Assembly: GCF_006345805.1 (NCBI RefSeq)
Contig: NC_043011.1
Location: 4,588,001-4,652,000 of the forward strand
Length of the DNA stretch: 64,000 bases
From: Octopus sinensis
Lineage: Eukaryota
Reading direction: 5' to 3'
The notes beneath the pieces are model-generated. The model had not been told where the DNA came from and searched no databases. It worked only from the letters and a program-made list of their open reading frames with translations. Positions 53,121-63,044 of the stretch are shown piece by piece. Position numbers and translations under genes: made by a program. Each line of letters begins with the position of its first letter. The stretch's first letter is position 1.

Positions 53121-53244
53121 GGATGCTTATATTGAGCTCTGTTATTGTGATGTTCTGATAACCCTTGAGGCAGAAAACAAAGTAAATTTTACTTTATCGA
53201 CTCCGGAGGGAAGAAAGGCAAAGTTAACCTCGGTTGTATTTGTA

Positions 53245-53420
53245 ATAATAATGATAATAATCCTTTCTACTATAGGCAAAAGGCCTGAAACTTTGGGGAA
53301 GGGGATAGTCGATTACATTGAACCTAGTATACAACTGGTACTTATTTTATCGACCCCGAAAGGATAAAAGGTAATGTCGACTTCAGCAGAATTTGAACTT
53401 AGAACGTAACGACGGACGAA

Positions 53421-53421
<1 letters not shown>
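53245..53421 (-). mobile_element. SINE-A copy with (ATT)n tail, headless
   Basis: Breaks at gacgaaa next to an (AAT)n(GAT)n tract. Confidence 0.75.
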
Positions 53422-53469
<48 letters not shown>

Positions 53470-53491
53470 GTAATAACAATAATAATAATAT

Positions 53492-53533
<42 letters not shown>

Positions 53534-53894
53534 CGATGACGATGATGATGATGATGATGATGATGATGATAATAATAATAATAATAGATAACATGGACGT
53601 TTGACATGTGAGAGCGATAAAACAGTGCTCCGAAATCTATCCAAAAACATGGAGAGTAAAGACAACAAATGGAGCCTAAAATAACTGAAAATGTGTTGGA
53701 CTATATCCGAGTAATACTCATTAAAGTTTATTTCTATTTTCCAAATGAAATGATATATTTTAACTGTGTATAACCATCACCCACACAACACGTGTAAGCA
53801 TGCTCGCCGCATTACGATCCAATCAACATCAGACTATTTCCGTCCCCAACCAGCATGCGCAAAAAAAAAGGAAAAAGAAATTAAATAATACCCG

Positions 53895-54276
53895 GGATCT
53901 TTTCGGTTTGAACGGCAGTTTTTAACATAATTTCTAGGTAACTAAAAAATTTTAAACTTCGTATACTGGTAGAATGTGTTTATAAAACATCTTTTTCTCT
54001 TGGCTTTATTGAGAAAATTCTATAGTTTGTAAGATATTTGTTGTTTTTTTTCTTCAATTTCTGCAATTTCAACCAATCAATGACCGTCTATTGAGGTGAA
54101 AACATTCTATGCCGTATGAATATGCCCCTCGTTTAAGAAACAGATTGGGTTTATTTACATTTCTGTAACCCTAAAACAGATTGAAATGCAATAGATCGAT
54201 ACTAGGGTCATAATTATGGGTGACAATTCCATATGACACCGCTAGAAAAAAACTGCCGTTCAAACCGAAAAGATCC
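53895..54276. mobile_element. MITE with 29-bp perfect TIRs and 8-bp TSD (Merlin-like)
   Basis: TIR ggatcttttcggtttgaacggcagttttt at 53895-53923 and its reverse complement at 54248-54276; TSD aatacccg at 53887-53894 and 54277-54284. Confidence 0.9.
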
Positions 54277-54839
54277 AATACCCGTATTATTCAACCCAAG
54301 TATAACAAAGAGGAAATACGTACTTTAAACTTGTTACACAAAAAGTACGAAAAACTACACGTACCAAACCATTTAACACCAGAAATCAACGGACCGGTAC
54401 TCTACGGAAATGATGACCAACAAAATAAAGGGCCGGACATAATTCCCCCTGTCCCGCAAATGAAATCAAAAAAGCATAAATGTACACGTGAGGAATATAT
54501 TTCAATCCAACACACTTATTTTACAGCGGTGTTCTACACACAGAACGAAAACATATACACATAAAATCTAGAAGAAAAATAACCTAGATAAAGATTCGGA
54601 TACAGCAATGAACCCTAATAAACTAGCTAATATACGGAGATATATTCTTAAAAAAATATCAGAAATAGAACACTTAAAAGGAAAAAATACCTCAGGAAAA
54701 CTTAGATAGTAACCACACAGCAATGCCAAATAATATCATAAGCACTGGGACTGTAAAATACGAAGACAGACGTAACATCTTCAGCTAAAACAAAGTAAAC
54801 AACGAAAGACAACAAATTCAGACCCTAGAAATGTATAAA

Positions 54840-55130
54840 CCTCTCAATGGTCATCAGACAAAAATCCTGCCCCCTCATCGATATGACTGTCCCAATCGAC
54901 ATAAATGTATCTATCAAGACTTATCAGAAACTGAGCAAATATAAAGACCTTGAAATAGAAATTGGCAAAATGTGGATCCTCAAGACTAAAATCACTCCTG
55001 TTGTCATAGGTACTCTAGGAATGCTAGCAAAAGGGGATGATTGCTATCTGTCTTAGGAAATCCCAAAATGGAAGAAATGAAAAGAATAGTGCTCATGGGA
55101 ACAGCTCATATCCTACGTAAAATATTGTGT
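54840..55130 (+). mobile_element. R4/Dong-clade endonuclease fragment
   Basis: LIDMTVPIDINV..KLSKYKDLEIEIGKMW..PVVIGTLG. Confidence 0.7.
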
Positions 55131-55443
55131 ATCCAAAATATTTTCATTTGTAAATATTGTCAGAAGTACTTTTAGATACATAATAGCAAACACATTTTAC
55201 TGTAAACTTTTAATCACTATCCTTTTATAATCAAATTACGTTTAAAACAAACTTCTAATTTTCTTATGTCTTGACAGACATTCTCTGGAACAATATTTTG
55301 TGCAAAACCAAAAATATGGCACCCTAGTGCCATATTTGAACTTCTAACTTGTCTCTTGAGATCCCTGAGTGAGACTTAGAGTCAACTTGTACAAATCCAA
55401 AAGCAAAAGCAAAACATAAGATAATAATAATAATAATGATAAT

Positions 55444-55485
<42 letters not shown>

Positions 55486-55488
55486 AGC

Positions 55489-55533
<45 letters not shown>

Positions 55534-55535
<2 letters not shown>

Positions 55536-55748
55536 GAGCACTCAGAGAGCGCAGAACTCCGCTAAGGTAATACCAACATCCTCTCAACGATTAGCCGGAG
55601 ATGATTTTTAAAATGAGAATATCTGAAATAAACTCGACTGCCCTCACAAACAAGTATACTAAAAATGAATCCAATCACTCTCAGAAATTAAGTAAAAGAA
55701 ACTGGAAAAATAATCCAGAATTCTTGTCCAGTACCTGATCGATCCCAA
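55534..55748 (-). mobile_element. Helentron-associated (HINE/DINE-like) element, 3' part
   Basis: Minus strand ends gcggagttctgcgctctctgagtgctcgt in an (ATT)n context; subterminal repeat matches acctccgc at 56580-56587. Confidence 0.6.
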
Positions 55749-55749
55749 T

Positions 55750-55990
55750 GGTAGTCATGGAATGTGAAGGTGGGTGTGCGGGCCATGGTTTTGATACTGT
55801 GACTGTGTCGTCTGCAGTGGGAACAGGGACAGTTTTCTCTATGAAGGGATTTTTTAATCTAACCACTGAGATAGTGTCTTTACGACCATTAAGGTCTATA
55901 GTGAAAAACTTATCCGTGTATAAAAGGAAATGGAAAGGACCTGCATATGGTGCTGTTAATGGAAGTTTGACAACATCATGGCGCACAAAA
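55750..55990 (-). mobile_element. Ty3/Gypsy integrase C-terminal (GPY/F) fragment
   Basis: PLTAPYAGPF....KFFTIDLNGRKDTISVVRLK. Confidence 0.75.
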
Positions 55991-56214
55991 ACGTGAGTCC
56001 AAGAAGTAAAGCTACCTTCAAGTCAGAGCTAGAAATATAATTGTCAAGTAGGTAAGAGGTTTTAAACAGGAGCGATATTTTCAAAATTGATAAAACTGAA
56101 AATTGTCGAGAAGTGATTAAATTTATTATTGTTACTGAATATGTTAGTGTTATTTAATTTCTGATTGGTTTTACTGCAGTTTGTTTTATGTAGTTTGATA
56201 TATTTATCCTTCAG

Positions 56215-56355
56215 ATTCTACTAAGATAGAGACGCGAGTAAAATTAATAGAGAAACGAAGACAAAACTTTGGAAACGGCAACGCCGCAATGAATTACGTG
56301 GAAACCATGAGCGTGCTTTCAAGGGAAATAATCAGAGAAAGACTTGAAAGTGAAC
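56215..56355 (+). CDS. Candidate host-gene internal exon (141 bp, phase 1-1), protein unidentified
   Basis: Acceptor tttatccttcag, donor gtaag, length divisible by 3, open frame (D)STKIETRVKLIEKRRQNFGNGNAAMNYVETMSVLSREIIRERLESE, in-frame TGA just upstream in the intron, unique non-repeat sequence. Confidence 0.5.
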
Positions 56356-56374
56356 GTAAGATCGTAATACTTCA

Positions 56375-56589
56375 TGCAAAGTAAAGTAAATATAACAACA
56401 ATAATCTAAAATCCTTGTCCGATACCGGATCGATCTCAAACTCTGACCAGTTCATGCCAGTCATGAGATCCATCCCTGAAAGTCTCCTTCGAATTCATCC
56501 AATGGTTCTTGAGACATCTTGTCCACGGACAAACAAACAAACAAACACGACTGAAAACAATACATCCAGCTTCGTGAAAGCGGAGGTAA
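56375..56589 (-). mobile_element. Helentron-associated (HINE/DINE-like) element, 5' part
   Basis: Minus strand starts tt-acctccgct, has a short palindrome and a (gttt)n core microsatellite; overlaps the 55534-55748 piece by an imperfect ~40-65 bp. Confidence 0.6.
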
Positions 56590-56590
56590 A

Positions 56591-56643
<53 letters not shown>

Positions 56644-56665
56644 TAATAATAATAATGATAATAAT

Positions 56666-56856
56666 ACTCAGCAGTATTTCGCCTGTCGCTACGTTCTGAG
56701 TTCAAATTCCGCCGAGGTCGATTTTACCTTTCATCCTTTCGGGGTCGATAAATAAAGTACCAGTTTCGCACTGGGGTCGATGTAATCGACTTAATCTCTT
56801 TTTCTGTCCTTGTTTGTCCCCTCTATGTTTAGCCCCTTGTGGGTAGTAAAGAAATA
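56666..56856 (+). mobile_element. SINE-A headless monomer with Tx1-type tail in (AAT)n
   Basis: gtatttcgcctgtcgctacg...tttagccccttgtgggtagtaaagaaata. Confidence 0.85.
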
Positions 56857-56893
<37 letters not shown>

Positions 56894-56894
<1 letters not shown>

Positions 56895-59205
56895 GGCACC
56901 TGGAAGGCACCTGGGCATGACAAGATCCCCAACTTCTGGTTGAAATATCTAACAGGAATGCACAAAAAGCTGGCTGAAAACTTTAGCAACATACTAGCAG
57001 AGCCAGAGACAATGCCTGAATGGCTCACGAAGGGGAAAACCATCTTAATTCCCAAATCAAATGAGACAGCAAAACCAGAAAACTACAGACCAATAACCTG
57101 CCTCCCTACAATGTTCAAGGCATTTATTGCAGTGATATCGCAAAGGTTGAACAAGCACCTGGACGAAAACAAACTGTTCCCAGAAGAGCAGAAAGGATGC
57201 CGCAAAGGCTCATATGGCTGTAAAGATCAACTAATGATTAATAAAGCCATAACTGAAGACAGCCACAGAAAGAAGAAAGGCCTCTGTATGGCCTGGATTG
57301 ACTACAAAAAGGCGTTTGATAGCATCCCCCACACATGGATCCTCGAAACACTAGCCATTAACAAAGTAGCACCAACAATCATAAAATTCATAGAGCACTC
57401 TATGAATAAATGGCAAACAGTCCTACACCTCCAAACAAAAGAGGGACTCATGAAAACCAAAGACATCCCCATTAGAAGAGGAATATTCCAGGGAGACACG
57501 CTCTCTCCACTCCTTTTCTGCTTGGCACTGTCACCTCTATCTGATATACTAAATAGAACTGGATGTGGATATAAATGTTACGACAAAACGATCATCCACC
57601 TTTTATATATGGATGACCTAAAACTATACGCTGCAAATGACAAACAGCTGGAAACACTATTAAAGACAGTTCATGGATTTACTAAAGAAATAAATATGAA
57701 ATTTGGATTAGAAAAATGCGCCAAAGTAACCATGAAAAGAGGAAAACTAGTTAAGAGTAGCAACATCACACTAGATAAAACCAATGAAATAAAAGAATTA
57801 GACCAAAGCCAAACTTACAAATACTTAGGAATCCATGAACTAGATAAGACACAACACACACAAATGAAAGAGAAAATAAAAAAAGAATATTATAGACGAG
57901 TTAGATCAAAACTAAAAACAGAGCTCAATGCTAAAAACAAGATAATAGGTATTAACACTTTAGCTGTCCCAGTTATAAGTTACAGCTACAATATCCTTAA
58001 CTGGACAAAAAATGAACTGACCAAAATAGATAGGAAAACAAGAAAAATAATGACAGGATCAAGGATGCATCACCCAAAATCTGACATAGAAAGACTATAT
58101 ATACAATGTATAGAAGGTGGTAGAGGCCTTATACAGCTGGAAAACTACTATAAAATAACCACCATAGGACTGCAAAAATATCTACTTCAGAAGGAAGGAA
58201 AACTGATACAAATAGCGGCAAAACACGAGCAAAACAAAAAACTGTTCTCAGTATTTAAGGAAGCTGACAAATACAAACAAGAAATTATACCACCTAATAA
58301 ATATGAAGAAGAAGAAGAAGAAGATGAAGAAACAACAAAAGCTATAAAACAAATGAAATCCAAACTAAAAATAGAACAGCAACGAACTATGATAAAACGA
58401 TGGCAAGAAAAGCCCCTTCATGGTAAATACTGGACTAAACTAAACGCAAAAGAAATAGACAAAGAAAAATCCCAGCAATGGTTGAGAAGCTCAGGACTCA
58501 AATCAGAAACAGAGGGATTTTTAATTGCAGCACAAGACCAAAGCCTCCACACCAGAAATTACCAAAAACATGTAATAAAAAGAAATATTACAAGTAACTG
58601 CAGAATATGTGGAGATGGACAAGAAACAATAAATCATATTATCTCTAGCTGCCCAGTCCTGGCTAAGAAGGAATATATTCACAGACATGACAGAGTTGGA
58701 ACCTACATACATTGGAAGCTATGCCAACATTATGGAATAACAACAGAAAAAAGACGGTATAGGCACACACCAGAAAAGGTCACAGAAAACGAGAAAGCAA
58801 CCATACTCTGGGATATGCCGATACACACAGATAGAGAAATTAAGGTCAACAGACCAGATATAGTTGTCAGAGATCATGAAGAAAAAAATGCTTTCTAATG
58901 ATGTATCAATACCGGCAGATGACAACGTGTCTCTAAAAGAAATGGAGAAACTCTCAAAATACAAAGACCTGGAAATAGAGGTAACTAGAATGTGGAATCT
59001 GAAAACAGAAACAATTCCTATCATAGTAGGTGCATTAGGCATGATAAAAAAATATTCAGACAAATACATAACAAAAACACCAGGACTTACAAACACATAT
59101 AACATACAGAAAATTGCACTACTAGGCACTGCACACATCCTACGCAGAACACTTTGCATACAATAACCATCAGAGCATCACAACAAATCACAGCACATAC
59201 CCAAG
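56894..59205 (+). mobile_element. R4/Dong-clade LINE (RT + restriction-like endonuclease), 5'-truncated
   Basis: WKAPGHDKI start; ORF 56940-58898 with NYRPITCL, IDYKKAFD, GIFQGD.LSP, YMDD, CRIC..H..C zinc motif and RPDIV; continues 58864-59166 (DVSIP..KY.DL..PIIVGALG). (AAT)n upstream, (GAT)n downstream. Confidence 0.9.
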
Positions 59206-59206
59206 A

Positions 59207-59207
59207 A

Positions 59208-59257
<50 letters not shown>

Positions 59258-59286
59258 GATGATGATGATGACGATGACGATGACGA

Positions 59287-59377
<91 letters not shown>
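59207..59377. repeat. (GAT)n(GAC)n(GAT)n between two R4/Dong pieces
   Basis: Direct reading. Confidence 0.95.
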
Positions 59378-59380
<3 letters not shown>

Positions 59381-59384
59381 GGAA

Positions 59385-59820
59385 AAAAGGAAACCAAGAT
59401 TATAGATATTGCAATACCTGAAGATGTACGCATAAGTGACAAAGAACTAGAAAAGATTCAAAAACACAGACTACTAAAAGATGAAATTGAAAGAATGTGA
59501 AGTATGAGGAGAGTATCTGTCATTCCAGTAGTTGTAGGGGCACTTGGAGCATTAACAACCAAGATTGAGAAATACGACAGAGAAATCGGAATTGATGTTG
59601 GAGCAGAGCAAGCTCCCCAAAATAGCTCTGCTGGGAAGAGCTAAGATTTTAAGATTGGTACTTGGATGTTGAATGTCTCCCACGATAATTAACAACCAAA
59701 TATGAAAGCTTATACTATCCAGAAAGAGACCTTGTGAGACCTCTGACGACAGGCTACTGTCCGCTCTCACAGAATCTACCAGAACAAACAAGACCGAACG
59801 TACTGAGAAGTAAAACAATA
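59385..59820 (+). mobile_element. R4/Dong-clade 3' end, different subfamily
   Basis: IIDIAIPEDVRISDKELEKI..LKDEIERM..IPVVVGALG..ALLGRAKILR; lies between (GAT)n and (AAT)n. Confidence 0.75.
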
Positions 59821-59833
59821 ATAATGATAATAA

Positions 59834-60493
59834 TCCTTTCTTTTAAGGGCACAAACCCTGAAATTTGAGGGAGGGGACTAGTTGATTACATCAACCCCAG
59901 TGTTTCATTGGTACTTAATTTATCGACCTCGAAAGGATGAAAGGCAAAGTCAATCTCGGTGGAATTTGAACTCAAAACGTAGCAACGGACGAAATACTGC
60001 TAAGCAATTTGCCCACTGGGTTAACGATTCTTCCAGCTGGCCGCCTTTATAATGATAATAATAATTTCAAATTTCTTTTGCACAAGGGCAGCTTGGGGGA
60101 AGTGATGATAAGTCGATTATATCGACCCCAGTGCGTAATTGGTACTTATTTAATCGACCCCAAAAGGATGAAAGGCAAAGTCGACCTCGGAGGAATTTGA
60201 TCTCAGAACGTAGCGAGGGCGAAATACCGCTAGGCCTTTCGCATGTGTTAACGATTCTACCAGCTCGCCGCATTTTATAATGGTTTCAAATTTTGGCACA
60301 AGGCCAGCAATTTCTGGGAAAGAGCTAAGTCGATTACGTCGACATCAAACCACAAGTGGTACTTGTTCTATCAACCCCCAAAGGATGAAAGGCAAAGTCA
60401 ACCTTGGCGGACTTCGAATTCAGAACGTGAAGACAAGCGAAACGCCGCTAAGCATTTTGCCTGGTGTGCTAACGAGTCTGCCAGCTCGCCGCC
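59834..60493 (-). mobile_element. Three older head-to-tail SINE-A copies with non-Tx1 tails
   Basis: Copies at ~59834-60045, 60064-60271 and 60277-60493; same head and body, tails of the ccttgtgcc...(att)n type. Confidence 0.8.
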
Positions 60494-60535
60494 CTCAAGT
60501 CATAAAGGCCTGGAAGAAATGCTGCTAATGTTTCT

Positions 60536-60950
60536 TATTTCTTTACTACCCACAAGGGGTTACGCACAGAGAGGACAAACAAGGACAGACAAACGGATTA
60601 AGTCGATTTTATCGACCCTAGTGCGTAACTGGTACTTATTTAATCGACCCCAAAAGGATGAAAGGCAAAGTCGACATCGGCGGAATTTGAACTGAGAATG
60701 TAGCGGCAGACGAAATACCTATTTCTTTATTACCCACAAGGGGCTAAACATAGAGGGGACAAACAAGGAGAGACAAAGGTATTAAGTCGATTACATCGAC
60801 CCCAGTGCGTAACTGGTACTTAATTTATCGACCCCGAAAGGATGAAAGGCAAAGTCGATCTCGGCGGAATTTGAACTCTGAACATAGCGGCAGACGAAAT
60901 ACCGCTAGGCATTTCGCCCGGCGTGCTAACGTTTCTGCCAGTTCGCCGCC
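60536..60950 (-). mobile_element. SINE-A head + two 184-bp units
   Basis: Units 60536-60719 and 60720-60903, head 60904-60950; flanked by a 42-bp direct repeat. Confidence 0.9.
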
Positions 60951-61099
60951 CTCAAGTCATAAAGGCCTGAAAGAAATGCTGCTAATGTTTCTACCAGCTT
61001 GCTGGCTATTTAATTAAACAATAATAATACCGAATTATGAAGAAGGTAATGAAAATTACCAGCTGTGAATAAATGAACTTTGTGATAGTGGCCCTACCC

Positions 61100-61430
61100 T
61101 AGAGTCGGTTATGAATGTTCTGTGCCATGTGGTGTTCGGCCTTCCTCTCTCCCCTCCGGTCGTGTCCATTTGAAAGCTGTCTTAGAATGGCGTTGTTCTT
61201 GTAATCTTCGATCTATGACGATTTTGTTAAGTGTTCCTATGTTGGCTTTCTTTAGAATGTCTTCATTGGTTGTGCGATCTTGTCAGTACATTCTCAGAAT
61301 CCTTTTCAAGCATCTTTGGCAGAACACGTCTAGCTTTCTTTCGAGTGTTATACACTATTCTTCTATGTCTCATTGGCATCTGTAGCGTATTTCAAATGAC
61401 TACCCATGATCTGTTAATTCAATTAGGTTA
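61100..61430 (-). mobile_element. RTE-clade LINE C-terminal fragment
   Basis: Manual translation RKLDVFCQRCLKRILR..TTNEDILKKA..FKWTRPEG.GRP.TTW. Confidence 0.6.
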
Positions 61431-62239
61431 TCTGCTACATCATTTTGCTTCCATTAATGACTTAAACAAAAGAAATAATGATTTCCTGTACTCGGTTTAA
61501 ATAACTTGGAGTGGAGAAGGGAGAAGAGGGGGAGCTATAATTAATTGAAAACAATCAAATATATAATTGGTATATTAGCACTTACTGTGCGTGAGTAATG
61601 AAATGTACAACCAACTCAGATTTGGTTTATAACCCCAATGTAGAGAGTCTTATCTTAATATGGTTTTTCATTGTAGTTGTTCATTGACTCCGGATCAGCA
61701 TTGATTAAGCATATTTATGGTCAAAGACCTTCCTGATAAGATCATCCGATCCTATATTTTATTCAAACGCATTTATAATTACATTAGCCAATATATATTT
61801 TTTCTAAGATGATTCTGGTATGCTTTGAGTGAAATGTAGCTGTTATTTCTCACTGATCGAGTGACTACGTTAGCTTAAATAACTATTAGTCATTTTCATT
61901 TGTTTCTTTAAGGTACTTGACAAAAACACCCAGGGGTGCACAGAGCATGAAATCCAGATACTGAGGTTGGTGCTAAAGTACTTAATGCAGTGAGGCAAGA
62001 AATTTTTATTTGTTAAAATTCCTTGTAATAAGGAGAAGAAAAAATTCTTAGCTTAATGAGTAATTCAAGCCATGAAAAGAATGGGAGACAACATTGAGAT
62101 TTTAATTAATAAGAGTTAATTAGGAATAAAATGTGAGCAACGTGCAATGCAATGACAATTTCGTATTTGTTTTGGACTAATTAAAACTTGTTCATTACCG
62201 GCAGACAATGATGAAATTGTGTGTTTGTATATATCTTCT

Positions 62240-62520
62240 ATCTTTTACTTGTTTCAGTCATGTGACTGGAGCCATGCTGGGGTGCCGCCTCGAAAGGTCT
62301 TAGTCGCAGAAATCGACTCCAGGACTTATTTTGAAAATTTGGTACTTATTCTATCGGACTCTTTTGCCGAACCGCCAGCTTACGGGGCCGTAAACACACC
62401 GAGTCCAGTTGTCAAGCGGTGGTAAGCGACAAAGACAGACACACATAGGTATTTATACATACATTACACACACACACACACATGCACGCACACAGACACA
62501 CGCACGCACACACACGCACG

Positions 62521-62575
<55 letters not shown>

Positions 62576-62670
62576 GTGCGTGTGTGTGTGTATGTGTGTG
62601 TATATATGTATGTATGTATATATACATATATACATATTTATATATACATATATATACATATATATTTATA

Positions 62671-62702
<32 letters not shown>

Positions 62703-62711
62703 CATACATAT

Positions 62712-62744
<33 letters not shown>

Positions 62745-62764
62745 TATATTAATATATATATATA

Positions 62765-62810
<46 letters not shown>

Positions 62811-62965
62811 ACGGACTTCTTTCAATTTTTCAATTTCTGTCTACGAAATCCGCTCACAAGGCTTTGGTTGGCCTCAGTCTATAGCGAAAGACACTAGCTC
62901 AAGGTGCCACGCTGTTGGACTGAACTCAGGTCATGTCGTTAGGAAGCAAGCTTCTTACTACACAC
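62240..62965 (-). mobile_element. SINE-B with a hugely expanded internal microsatellite
   Basis: 5' and 3' halves of SINE-B separated by ~370 bp of CA/TA repeats (62436-62808). Confidence 0.8.
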
Positions 62966-62998
62966 ACGCACACACACACACAAACATGCACACACACC

Positions 62999-63044
<46 letters not shown>

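Noticed and set aside
54290-54700. Possible degraded PLE RT
   Set aside because: Only faint hints (PVLYG, TYF..FY.Q) and no diagnostic motif.
44458-60950. Regularly spaced 184-bp repeats as CRISPR or satellite
   Set aside because: No unique spacers or cas genes; the units are SINE bodies with A/B-box heads in eukaryotic DNA.
61913-61965. Strong acceptor tttgtttctttaag with a possible gttggt donor
   Set aside because: The phase compatible with the 56.2-kb exon stops after two codons; it cannot be distinguished from a chance site.
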